From Anthoceros angustus (Eukaryota; Plantae; Anthocerotophyta), in contig VJWM01000135.1 in the NCBI GenBank assembly GCA_010909165.1, positions 558,001-622,000 on the forward strand: 64,000 nt of DNA, written 5' to 3'. Made by a program: the position numbers and the translations under genes. Below, in pieces: positions 25,893 to 37,380 of the stretch (the first letter of the stretch is position 1; each line of letters starts with the position of its first letter). A model generated the notes under the pieces. It did not search any database, was not told the DNA's origin, and saw only the letters and a program-made list of their open reading frames with translations.

Positions 25893-28800
25893 ATGTGCCA
25901 CCGGCTGGCTGGGTACGATGTTGAAGTCGTCTCTGCCTTGGCTTGGTCTAGGAAGTCCGAAGCTACAGGTGGGGGTCGGCATGTCGTCGGTGGTGCTTTC
26001 GCACGCTTGAATCAGCTGTGTCAGGAGGGGCAGCTGCGTGAGGCAGTTGCAGGGGTGCAGGAAACGTGCCAAATCGGGGGTCCTGCTGTTGCTACCAACG
26101 TGTTCTACGGTCTGCTGCAACGGTGCATCCGAGAGAGAGATTTGGGTGCTGGCAGGCTTGTTCATGCGCTGATTGTGAAGGAGAGGAGTGGGCTGAGCGA
26201 CTACCTGGGTGGCCATGTCATTCGAATGTATGATGCTTGCGGAAGTCTGGCAGAGGCGAATCAGGTTTTTCGAGGGCTTTCCTCGCCCAGTGTATTTGTG
26301 TGGGCTGCAATTCTCGCAGCCAACAACAATCATGGAGAGGCCAGGCAGGCTCTTGGGATGTACCGAGAGATGCACCAGTCAGGCTTGCTCGCAGATAATT
26401 ATGTGTTGGTGGCTGCACTGAAGGCTTGTGCCGGCGCTCTGTCGTTGGCAGATGGGAAGCAAGTCCATCGCCAGATAGTGGAAGCTGGAGTTGAAGCTGA
26501 TGTGTTTGTGGGGAACACTCTTATTGATATGTATGCCAAATGTGGCAGCATGCAGGATGCACTGTCTGTGTTTGGTAGAATGCCAAGCAGAAACAGTGTG
26601 ACTTGGACGACCATGCTCACAGGGTACATTCAGCATGGACAAGGTGAGGAGGCGCTCAAACTGTTTCGACGAATGCGGGAGGAGGGTCTGCAACCAAACC
26701 AGGTGACGCTTGTGCGCATTCTGAAAGCTTGTGCAAGTGTTGGAGCTTTGGATCAGGGCAAGGTGATCCATGACCACATCCGGGAATGTGGGTTTGACGA
26801 AAATCTGTTTGTTGGCAGCACTCTCATCGATATGTACTCGAAATGCGGGAGCCTGCAGGGTGCTCGACGTGTGTTTGACACACTGCTGACAAGAGATCTT
26901 GTGACATGGACGTCCATGATTGCAGCTTACATTCAGCATGGAGATGGGCAGGAGGCCCTTCATCTCTTGTCGCAGATGCAGCAAGCGGGTTTCAGTCCGG
27001 ATAAGGTGGCAGTGGTGAGTGGCTTGAAGGCATGCTCCATCACAGCAGCTCTAGAGCAGGGTAAGGTGATCCATGCATACATCCGAGAGAACAGGTTGGA
27101 CTCCAATGTGTTTATCGGAAGCATCCTTGTGGATATGTATGCCAAGTGTGGGAGCGTGGAGGATGCTCGCAGCGTGTTTGACAATCTGTCCACTCGCGAT
27201 CTTGTGACATGGAATGCCATGATTGCAGGTTATGCTCTCCAAGGAGGTGACCTTGAGGCAATTCAGCTATCTCAGGAGATGCAACTGGCTGGCTTGCAGC
27301 CAAACCAAATCACACTGGTGAGCATCCTGAAAGCTTGTTCCAGTGAAACTGCCCTAGACCATGGCAAGGTACTTCATGCCCGGATAATGGAAAGGGGTCT
27401 TGCGGGGAATGCCTTTGTTCACAGTGCACTCATCGACATGTATTGCAAATCCGGTAGCTTGGAAGATGCTCGCCGTTGTTTCGACTCCTTCCAGGAGACC
27501 AAAGATTTGGTTTCTTGGAATGCAATGATTGGAGGTTATGTGCAACAGGGGGATGGTCAAGGGGCCCTTGAGCTGTTCAGACAGATGCAAGAGGAGGGTA
27601 TACAGGCGGATAAGGTCACACTCATGAACTGCCTGAAAGCATGTTCCAGTCTAGCATCTTGGGGGGATCGTGGCAAGCCGACCCCAGCTGAAAGCCATGA
27701 TCCGGATATGCACTTCAGGAGCAGGGCGGATGCCATGGCTGTTGAATGTGGAAGCCCTGAAGAACTAGCCAGTCAGCCTGGGAAGGAGGAGAAGACTCTC
27801 CAATTCTCTGACGAAAAACAGCCGGCCACTGTCACAGCAGGCAACACCTTGGCAAGTCAGAATGCAGCAGTAGCAGCAGCTCTCAAACAGGGCCAATTGC
27901 TACATGCCCTGGTAATGGAAAAGGGCTTGGAGTCCGATGTCTATATCAGAAGCACCCTAATTGACATGTACGCCAAATCTGGCAGCCTGCAAGATGCGCG
28001 CAGATTGTTTGAGAGGTATCCAACTAGAGACTTGGTCGCATGGAATGCAATGATTGGAGGATATGTTCAGCAGGGGGCTGGTGCAGAGGCTCTCCAATTG
28101 TTTGGACGGTTGCAGGAAGAGCGCATGGAACCAGATCAGGTGACGCTCTTGAGCAGTCTGAAAGCTTGCGCAAGCATCGCCGCACTAGACCAGGGTCGAC
28201 AGATTCATGAACACATGAAGGAACTTGGGTTTGAATCTGATTCTGTTTTGTGCAACACTCTGATAGACATGTATTCAAAGTGTGGTAGTCTGGGTGACGC
28301 ACGCAGAGTGTTTCAGAGGATATTGAAAAAGGATCAGGTGACGTGGAATGCAATGATTGGAGCCTGTGCCCAGCATGGGAATGGTCAAGAAGCTGTTCAT
28401 CTCTTCCAGGAAATGCAGCGGGAGGGTATGTGTCCGGACAGCGTCACATTTGTTTGTGTGCTATCTGCTTGCAGCCACTCCGGGTTAGTGGATGAGGGCA
28501 ACAGCTTTTTTCGAGCCATGTGCCAAGATTTTTGCATCACTCCACAAATGGAGCATTATGTCTGCATGGTAGACCTTTTGGGCAGATCGGGACGGCTGGA
28601 GGATGCAGAGAAGTTCATCCAAGATATACCAGCAGGGGAAGGTTGCGTAGATGTGTTCAGGTCATTGCTTGGGGCATGTCGAACTCACGGCAACGTAGAG
28701 CTAGGAAAGATGATGTTTGAGGCCATAACAAGAAAAGATCCTTGTCACTCTGCAGCATACGTGTTGATGGCAGACATCTATGCTGCAGTTGGCAGGTGGG

Positions 28801-29015
28801 CTGAGGAAGAAAGTATACGTCTGAAGATGAGAAGCGCAGGTGTTAAGAAGGATCCTGGGCGCACATGGATGGAGATAGACAGTGAAGTGCATACGTTTAT
28901 TGTAGAAGACAAAGAGCACGCGGCTAGGAAACAGATTTATGCCAAGCTGGACACTCTGATGCAGACAATCGACGAACAGCGGCACACACAGATAGGTGTC
29001 AAAGTAGAAAAGTAG
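25893..29015 (+). CDS. PLS-class pentatricopeptide repeat protein with E1/E2 and PG box, no DYW deaminase (organellar RNA-editing specificity factor)
   Basis: About seven PLS triplets (xVxWNAMIxGY...A...F..M / TLVSILKAC / LIDMYxKCGS), then SLLGACRTHGNVELG, AAYVLMADIYAAVGRW and GVKKDPGRTWMEI. It stops before the HxE/CxxC motifs. The ORF is open from GTG 25866 and the first ATG is at 25893. Confidence 0.95.
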   Translation: MCHRLAGYDVEVVSALAWSRKSEATGGGRHVVGGAFARLNQLCQEGQLREAVAGVQETCQIGGPAVATNVFYGLLQRCIRERDLGAGRLVHALIVKERSGLSDYLGGHVIRMYDACGSLAEANQVFRGLSSPSVFVWAAILAANNNHGEARQALGMYREMHQSGLLADNYVLVAALKACAGALSLADGKQVHRQIVEAGVEADVFVGNTLIDMYAKCGSMQDALSVFGRMPSRNSVTWTTMLTGYIQHGQGEEALKLFRRMREEGLQPNQVTLVRILKACASVGALDQGKVIHDHIRECGFDENLFVGSTLIDMYSKCGSLQGARRVFDTLLTRDLVTWTSMIAAYIQHGDGQEALHLLSQMQQAGFSPDKVAVVSGLKACSITAALEQGKVIHAYIRENRLDSNVFIGSILVDMYAKCGSVEDARSVFDNLSTRDLVTWNAMIAGYALQGGDLEAIQLSQEMQLAGLQPNQITLVSILKACSSETALDHGKVLHARIMERGLAGNAFVHSALIDMYCKSGSLEDARRCFDSFQETKDLVSWNAMIGGYVQQGDGQGALELFRQMQEEGIQADKVTLMNCLKACSSLASWGDRGKPTPAESHDPDMHFRSRADAMAVECGSPEELASQPGKEEKTLQFSDEKQPATVTAGNTLASQNAAVAAALKQGQLLHALVMEKGLESDVYIRSTLIDMYAKSGSLQDARRLFERYPTRDLVAWNAMIGGYVQQGAGAEALQLFGRLQEERMEPDQVTLLSSLKACASIAALDQGRQIHEHMKELGFESDSVLCNTLIDMYSKCGSLGDARRVFQRILKKDQVTWNAMIGACAQHGNGQEAVHLFQEMQREGMCPDSVTFVCVLSACSHSGLVDEGNSFFRAMCQDFCITPQMEHYVCMVDLLGRSGRLEDAEKFIQDIPAGEGCVDVFRSLLGACRTHGNVELGKMMFEAITRKDPCHSAAYVLMADIYAAVGRWAEEESIRLKMRSAGVKKDPGRTWMEIDSEVHTFIVEDKEHAARKQIYAKLDTLMQTIDEQRHTQIGVKVEK

Positions 29016-29555
29016 ATAAGTTTCGAACATTGAGAAGATATCCTGGGTGTACAAAAAACATATTAAATGTAATCTATTGTAAACCCTACTGGTGGTACAA
29101 AGGAGAGGCTGTTCAAGCGACAGGAGACTTGAAAGATGCTCTCTTCGTGACCCGGAACTGTGAAAGCCGTACAACGCTCAAAGCCTCCCCTAATCATCAA
29201 TTAGATTGAGCTTGGGCATTCCACTCGAACAATGAAACCTGTCATGTTGAAGACAATGTGCCACTTTCCTGCTGATTGTGACAAGAATCTATACATGAAA
29301 AAGCTCCAAGGAACCGACAGTGCCTGGTGTATAATTATTGTATACTTGTAATTTACCTCGTCGTCTAGTCTTCCAAGACAGTCTCTGACGCAGACAGACG
29401 CTACCACGAAAGTCAGATGGATGAAGGCAGGTAGGAGGTACTGCTCATTCCTAAACACAAAAGAATCAACCCAAGACCGAATCCCTCATTCCACCCCCAG
29501 AATTGCAGGAGGAGAGAGAAATCAAAACTGCTTGCTGATCAGTGGTTTGAGAGTT

Positions 29556-30332
29556 TTAGGTCTCCTTGGGCTTCCTTCTGCCAAGCAACCCTCCCTCCTT
29601 GGCATAGAATCTGATCAAGCCTAACCATAACTTGTACACCCAGACCATGCTTCCAGATATGGCAAAGGTAATCTTCGCCATCCAGCAATATGCCAGCCAT
29701 CTGGGAATGGCACCGTCAGCTTGGCCTGTCATATAAAACTTGCCAAGCTCCCACACCAAGTAAGGCCCCAGGACGCCTCTGATGAGGGTGAAATATACGG
29801 TGAAAAACGGGGACAAGTTGGTGTAGATCTTCTTGGACAAGGGATACTGCTCCCGGGACATCCGAGCCAGCGTCCAGATATTCTGCACCGGGCTGGTGGC
29901 CTCCCCTGCCGCAATCAAACACATAACAGAGGTAGCGCCGGATCCCACATAGTAGCGGCAGGACACCATGTATGTCAGAGTGGCAATGTGATGCCCGATG
30001 AAGAGGAAATCATCCGGTGCAGCATAGAAGTAATTCAGCAGGTCCACCACAAAATAGGCCATGCTGTACTCCATGATCTTATTCTGCGAGGCAGTGTTAG
30101 GTCCATCCAGCGACCACTCATTGTGCCACAAATCGATGCCCGCCAGAATGGCCGACAAGGTGCCGTGCAGGAAGGAGATGCAACAGCTGGCTGCCTCGTA
30201 CCTAGGCCGCCCCGTCCAGTGCCTGAAGAGAACCAGAAATCCGAACGCATACACCACAGAAAACACTCCCAGCGAATACACAAACACCAGCGACTCCCCC
30301 AGGCACCCCTGCAACCCGTGCTCCGTCGTCAT
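29556..30332 (-). CDS. TLC (TRAM/LAG1/CLN8) domain membrane protein, intronless
   Basis: Multi-TM ORF with SCCISFLHG, NTASQNKIMEYSMAYFVVDL, FIGHHIAT and GEATSPVQNIW. Confidence 0.85.
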   Translation of the reverse strand: MTTEHGLQGCLGESLVFVYSLGVFSVVYAFGFLVLFRHWTGRPRYEAASCCISFLHGTLSAILAGIDLWHNEWSLDGPNTASQNKIMEYSMAYFVVDLLNYFYAAPDDFLFIGHHIATLTYMVSCRYYVGSGATSVMCLIAAGEATSPVQNIWTLARMSREQYPLSKKIYTNLSPFFTVYFTLIRGVLGPYLVWELGKFYMTGQADGAIPRWLAYCWMAKITFAISGSMVWVYKLWLGLIRFYAKEGGLLGRRKPKET

Positions 30333-30927
30333 GCTCGCGTTCACACCGCTCCTCCACACGGCGCCGCGGTCCCCCTACCGAGCCACCGAGCCCGTGCCCG
30401 TGCCCGTGCCGAGCAGCTTCCCGTGCCGTGCCGTGCCGTCCCGTCCCGCAAATTCATACATCCATGTCCGGAAAAAGCAGGCGCTGATCCGCCAATGGTT
30501 TCGGCAGGCGATCTGCCGAGCAAGGCGAAGCAGGCGGCGGATCTCCCGCAATCACCAGGCACCAGGCTCGCCCGCGGCCCGACCTCCCCGGCTGCAGGAG
30601 GCGCCGCACCAGCAATGCGTCTTCCCCTCCGCCCTCCGCTCTCCGCTCTCCGCCTCCGCCTCCGCCTCCGCTGCGGTGAGACGCGGCCGCGTTCCGAGAC
30701 GCGTCTCAGAGTCGCGAGTCGTGGAAATGCACCTTGGAAAGCCGCCACGAATATGCGAGCTCAGCGACCCGGCCACATGTGCCCTGCTCCTTGGCTGCCC
30801 CAAACAGAACCGGCACACACCGAAATATGTATAGCCCCGGCCCCCCGGGTAAAAGTGCGCCTCGAGTCGAGTCAAGGAAGCCTGCCGCAGCCCTCCTGCT
30901 CCTCTCTTTCTTTCTTTGCCGCTTATT

Positions 30928-30988
30928 CTGGACCGGCCTCGGTCCAGTTACTTTAGACGGCGTTATTTAGACGGAGGTAGTTAGACGG
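30928..30988 (+). repeat. 8-bp-stem hairpin followed by three TTAGACGG motifs at exact 14-bp spacing
   Basis: CTGGACCG-gcct-CGGTCCAG at 30928-30947 and TTAGACGG at 30953, 30967 and 30981. Confidence 0.85.
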
Positions 30989-31180
30989 CGTGTAATTGCA
31001 TACTTGCGCGGCGCCGGCCCCGGGTCCTGCCCGCGAGACGCACGAGACGCCTACCGGCCACCTTGTGTCGTCGGGCGCGCCTCCTTCCCCAGCGTCGCAG
31101 GCCTTGTGTCCGCCGTTGCGGTTGCGGTTGCGGCTGCGGCAGCACGGCGCAAGGCCTGCGGCCGGGGGAAGGTCGGGGCT

Positions 31181-32916
31181 ATGGCGAACGCGGCAGGGGC
31201 TGCGGTGTGCGGCCCCGCCGTCAGCAATGTCTCGCATCTGCTCACGTTTCTGATGACGCTGCAGGCGGCGGCATTGAAGAGCCAGGGCGGGGGCAACGTC
31301 TTCTTCGATCCCAAGACGTACGTGGATCTGGCGCTGCGGCAGCCGCTGCGGGACACGGAAGCCGCATTCGCAGCTTTGCCGCGGGGCGCGGGCGGCGGGA
31401 TCGACAACGCCACGCTGCAGGCCTTTGTCCAGGATTTCTTCAACACGCCGGGGTCCGAGCTGGAGGAGGCGTACCCGGGGGATTTTGTGCCGGAGCCGCC
31501 GGATTTCCTTCCCAAGGTGCGCAGCAAGGAGGTGCGGGCGTGGGCCTTGCAGGTGCACGCCATCTGGTCCAACTTGACGCGGCGGATGAAGCCGGAGGTT
31601 TTCTTGGAGCCGGATCGGCACACGATTCTGCCGCTGCGCGGTTTGTTCGTGGTGCCGGGGTCGCGGTTCCGGGAGGTGTACTACTGGGACAGCTACTGGG
31701 TGTTGAGAGGCCTGATTGTGAGCCGGATGATGGAGACGGCCCGGGGTCTGGTGGACAACCTTCTTTCTCTGGTGGACTCGTTCGGGTTCGTGCCCAACGG
31801 GGCCAGGACGTATTATACGAATCGGAGCCAGCCTCCTGTGCTCAGCGAGATGGTTGCGGCTCTGTTCCGGGCCACCGGGGATGTGGAGCTCCTGCGGCGA
31901 GCCCTACCGACTCTTGTTGTGGAGCACCGGCGGTGGAGCTCGGATCCGCACCGCGTCTTAATCCGGGGGAGCGACGGGACGGTTCATTCTCTGAGCAGGT
32001 ACTATGCTTTGTGGAACAGGCCGCGCCCGGAGTCCGCCACCATCGATGAGGTTGTGGCGCACAACGTGTCGGAGCAGAGGCGGGAGCAGCTGTACCGCGA
32101 CATCGCCACGGGCGCCGAGACCGGCTGGGACTTCAGCTCCAGATGGATGGCGGACGGGTTCAATCTGAGCACGCTGAGGACGTCGCTCATCGTGCCGGCG
32201 GATCTGAACGCGCTGCTCTACCAGATGGAGGACAACATCCGCGGCTTCGCGGAACTAGTCGGGGACAAACAAGTGGAGGCGGAGTTCAAGGATCTGGCCG
32301 CGGCTCGGCGCGCGGCCATCCAGGCCGTGTTGTGGAGCGAGCAGCGGGCGCAGTGGCTTGACTATTGGCTTCCCTCGGAGGTTTGCTCCGAGGAGGAGTT
32401 GCACCAATTCGATGAGCAGCGGCAGAACCAGCAGGTGTTTGCCTCCAATTTTGTGCCGGTCTGGTGCGGCTTGATCCGCGCACGGGCGAGGAGGAGGCAG
32501 GAGGAGCGGGTGACCCGGACGCTGCTGCAGTCCGGGCTGGTGCAGCCGGCTGGCATCGCCACCTCGCTCAGCAACACCGGGCAGCAGTGGGACTTCCCAA
32601 TGGCTGGGCGCCGCTGCAGCACATGATCATCGAGGGCATGGCGGCCTCTCGGAGCAGGAGCACCAGGGCTGCGGCGCGGGAGCTGGCCCGCCGCTGGCTC
32701 AAGACCAACCACGAAGCCTTCGTGGCCACCGGGGCCATGCATGAGAAATACGACGTGAGGCAGTGCGGCTTTGCTGGGGGCGGAGGCGAGTACGCCGGGC
32801 AGACGGGATTCGGCTGGACCAACGGAGTGGTGCTCGCGCTGTTGGACCGCTTCGGCTGGCCATCCAAGACCGCCGTCTCTTGTAGTTCTATATTCTCCAA
32901 CTTCACTGAACACTGA
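31181..32916 (+). CDS. TRE1: Plant GH37 trehalase, intronless, with a 1-nt frameshift near 32596-32600 (sequencing error or pseudogenising indel)
   Basis: FDPKTYVDL, PGSRFREVYYWDSYW, FVPNGARTYYTNRSQPP, AETGWDFSSRW and PADLNALL in one frame. QWDFP continues as NGWAPLQHMI...EKYD...GGGGEY...GFGWTNGVVL in the next frame. Confidence 0.92.
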
Positions 32917-33144
32917 GCTGCCATGCTGTACCAGCCACCGGAATCGGGACGGCCGGTTGGTACACAGGTCTGCTCCATAGGCTAATATTACCACAGGCCA
33001 ATGCGGCCTCTGTGTATAATAGAAAACCAGCATTCCTACTTCACTATTCGTCCGACGGTCACTACCTGCCGTGTCACGTGAGTTGTAGCCGTCAACAGTC
33101 GTTAATAAGACCTAGAAGGAAAATAATATTAACGCATAATCATA

Positions 33145-36100
33145 TCAAGTCTTGAGCTTCGAACGAGTCCGCTCTTTCCTTTTCTGCTGCCTGGTTTCCT
33201 TATACTCCTCCCATAGAGCTAATGATCTGGTCACCCTGGCTAGGTCTGTCCTCAGTCTCTGGTTCTCTGCGTGGCCTCTAACGACCCGAAAGTGTGAAGA
33301 GAAGGCTCTCTGCACAGCTTCCTCATCCTCGGATGAGGAATCTAATAAATCTGCCATCTTGTCGATGAACCCCGAGTCAATGGATCTGTATACCTTCCGT
33401 CGAACAACTTTCGGTGGAGGCCGAATGGCCGGCCGGAAACCTCCCGTGTTGGTGGAGTATGCCTGTGCGGCGTCTGTCGGAGACATGGTTGCCAGTAATG
33501 TGCCAGTTGTCGCAGCTGATATCAAGGAGAGTTCAGTGGCCAAGGCTGCGACACTTGGGTGGTAATGTTGGCGCAGGAGTGCCACATCCCACAGTACGGA
33601 TGACAAAGCGCCACTCAGATCAGGGTCTGTCGCATCTAGTTGAAACATCTGGAAGAAAAGAACCGTAAGTTTTGCAGTCGAGAAATCTAGTAGTGCTCAG
33701 TAGACCTTGTAGAGAAGACAAGGAGTAGAACCCAGACAACGACCACTAACCCACCGACCACTCTTAAAACAAATTAACAAATAGGAGCAACTTACAGCAA
33801 CACTGCCCCCCACTGCTCCCCCACCACCATCGTTCTCAAGTATATTCCTGCACTTCTTGTTTCGGTGCAATAGGTGTCGCACTGTAATCAAGGCTGGATG
33901 TGCAAGAGGACAAGTTGGGTAAGGGTAAGGACAGAACAAAAGACACCAGATAGTAGCTCCAAAAACCAAATGACGCTTTGCCACGTGCAATGTGAATGTT
34001 CGCATCAGCAACTTCAAGACACCGTACCTGCCATGGCCTCCGCCACATCGGAATGCAATGAAATAGTGCTGAGACGTTTAATAAATGCAGCAGTCCGCTG
34101 CATATCATGTTGTCGACCTTCCCAAAGCAATACTTGCAAAGCCTGTGCCAACAATGCAGCATTGGGTCCCATATCTCTGGAAACCAAAGCACATCAGGAA
34201 CAGATTATGGTCTGGTCTAGTTAGAGTAACTCTTGCAATGAACAAACACATGTTTGGCCCCCTTGGTGCGCACAGTCAAGCTTACCCGATGCAGGACACC
34301 TCGTACAGTAAGTTGAACAGTTGAACATAGAACTCTCGGAGGTCAACATTGAGTGCATCCATGTTGTTCCGCACTATCTTGAAAGCGATGATACAGCATT
34401 GCAAGCGTTCACCAGTACTAAGGGCTACATGAGCCACATTCTCCTGCTGGTTCTTGGACAGAACACCACCACCAGAGAGTTTACGGAGCACCGCAAGCAG
34501 ATCTCCCATAAAGTCAACATTTATCAGGTGTGCAAACTTTGCAAGACCTTCTAGACTTGGTGCTAGGAGTGGTCGAGGGCCAAGCAAAGCCACATCCTTG
34601 CTCTCCGCATCAGAGTTAATCCTACATGCAAAACAAGTTGCATCTTATCAAAAGGATTGAGCTTCAGACAAAGAGATGACCTTACAAGGTATATTGCAAA
34701 TCATCAATACCTGCTCCGAGGAGGTTCTAAGCTTGTTTTCAACACACGAAAATAGGTCTCAAAAACAGCGGCAAGTGTCACAGTCTGCAATTTCTTTCGC
34801 TCTGTCGCATCAGGTACCGCCATAGACTCTTGGAAGTCCTTCTCCACCTATTGTAGTAAGCACAAAGTCAAAAAAAACGAATGTGTATCTGCTATCGATG
34901 TGGACGTCGAGTGAAGCAGCGACCATGGTAACCACCATACTCTAGCCCTGGTTAATCTGAATCTCAGCCAGTGCCGTGTGAGTTTACAAACGTAAAAGAA
35001 CAATAAACGCTACCTCTTTCCTCAACTGGGCTGCAAGTTTTTGCTTCTTGCGCTTGGACTCCTTCAGCTGCTGCTTAGATCCTTGCTTCACTGCACTCTT
35101 GTCATCACCTTCCCGGGACTTTGTGAGATCTTCATCAAACTGCAACGATAGAAATACCTGTAAATGGAACTGAGGTTAAGAACTCGCAATCTGAAACAGC
35201 TGCTGAAGTCAAGAAATTTGGTGTGGCAGTCATGCTACCTCTACAACATCAGGATGGGCATGGCATTTATGGAGCTTCACAAAGTCGGCAATCAGCTGCA
35301 CTGCCTCAACTGAAGCATGACCCCCATGCTTGTCATTGTTCTTGAAGAGGATCCGTATTGCTTCACAAGTCATGGCTCTGCAAGGGACGGTGAGTGAGAC
35401 CATGGATTGCAAAACCTAAAGACGCCTAGTGTCAACAAACACCTACGCCCATTGCAAACAACCAAGGCAGAATATGCCCAAGATGCAGCAAGAATGAAAT
35501 CCACTCCACAAAACCACCAATGATCACCTGTATTCTGCATCATCTGAATTCATCCGGGGAATAATAGCTGCTAATAGGCTCTCCCGAAAGTTGAAATGGG
35601 GAGCAGCATCCAGAAGCCCACACATGCAGCGGAGAGCTGTTTTTCGATGCACTCGAGATTTGGCTGCTTTCACTAGCATCTGAACATAGACCTACACAAA
35701 GCGGAACTTCACTCTCCTGACTACTGACCATGTATCCTCTTAGCCAAATGAGTGCTGAGCACACACATCAAGGCTTACCTGATAAGCACGAAGAAGAGCT
35801 GACTCAAAGTCTCTGACCTTCCGGACCTCCTTGGAAACTGGCATTTCCAACTCCTTCTGAGTAGGCAGACGTATTCGATACCTTCGCAGCCACACCAACT
35901 CCCATGAATTTCTAACCCAAGTCATTGCGCATTGGTGGAGAGCGGAAGGGCACACAACACTCATTTACCCAGGTACAAGGTCCTTGAAAACAGCCATGGC
36001 AGACAGCATGGCTAGTTGCGAAATAATTTCGTCTCGATCATTGCACATCTCTTGAAGCTCCTTCAAGGTGGAAACATTTTGATCTGGACTAGCTAAAAGC

Positions 36101-37125
36101 TGAGTGCCAATTTGTGCCATCCGATCCTTCATCTGTGAACGTTTCTCCTGAATTGAGATGTAGCAGTCCAGCTCATCCTGGTGTGTGGTCAATGAAGGAG
36201 ATCAGCAAGACACTAACTTTCAACTATTCATGAAAGAGTCGATTATCGTTCTCACCATTCTCTCCACTGCTGAAGGCAGGGCACTGGGCTCTTCGGCGGG
36301 TGTCTCGTCCACTTTCTTTGCCTCCTTTTCCTTCTTGAGCTTTTTCTTCTCCTTCTTTCGTTGTGCTTTAGTGATCTTCTTCCCTTCCTTTTCAGCTCCA
36401 TCTCCCTCGACTGGACTGGAATCACCACCTTCAGGAGACACTCCATCTTCTTCAGGGTGAACTCCCGACCCCTTACTTTTCCTCACCAATGCCCTCCGAT
36501 CTTCGACGCTCACATATGTCTCTCCAGCACCTGCTCAAGCGACGACAGCAACAAAGTACCTCTCAGCAAAATGCCGACAATCTGCGCATCAGTCTGCGCA
36601 TAAACCTGCACAGAAAACCAAAAAACACAGCTCGTAGGCCGGGCGCACCTGCAACATCCTTGGTGCGATAATGCAGCTCCCCGGTAAACGACTTCACAGG
36701 CAAAGCGTCAACAGGATCCACTGTCAGCTCCCTGGAACCTGCAACATCTCTTGCAGTACTCTGCTCAGCTCTCTTCTCGTAGAACGTCTCCAGATCCCCA
36801 TCCTGAGCAGGATTCAGCCGCAAAACTTGCCTGAATTAGATCCATGAAAGGGCAAACAGTAAGTCCAGGACAAACAATATCCGCCGTGTGAAGTCACGTG
36901 AAATCTCTGCACAGAGCTCCACCACGTTGGAGCAGATAGGAAGGAAGAAAGCACGTACTTGTTGATAGTATCAGTGTCCAAGTTGGCCAGAAATCCTACA
37001 CGCCTCTTGTGCTTCTCCACGAATTCAATATCGTCCTCAGAAACCTCCACATCGTCAGGCTCCGGAGGCAGCAGCGGCGCCGAAGGCCGCCATGGCTTCC
37101 GCTTGAATCCCGTTTTCCCGGGCAT
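33145..37125 (-). CDS. NOC3: Nucleolar complex protein 3 homolog (NOC3, CBF/Mak21 family), multi-exon
   Basis: PPEPDDVEVSEDDIEFV, DPVDALPVK, RIAQIGTQLL-type segment with PDQNVSTLKEL, LSAMAVFKDLVPGYRIRLPT, LEGLAKFAHLINVDFMGDLL, and C-terminal PDLSGALSSVLWDVALLRQHYHP. Confidence 0.9.
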
Positions 37126-37380
37126 CGTGACATGCAGCAACCTCCTACAATCGGCACGGGGAACCTTAAACCCAGGCCCTTGCGATTAGGGCTCTACGCG
37201 GGCACAAGCAAGGTCAGGCAACTATTAAAAATTCTCTTACATACTTATCTCGGACAGTGCTGCTGGTACTTATCTAGCATATCTGGCCGAGCAGATGCGG
37301 TTGTTGCTTTCCACGCTCTTCCCGGCAACGATAGCGCAGCGCAAAAGATGATCGGCGGGAAGAAATCTGACGCGAGTTGG

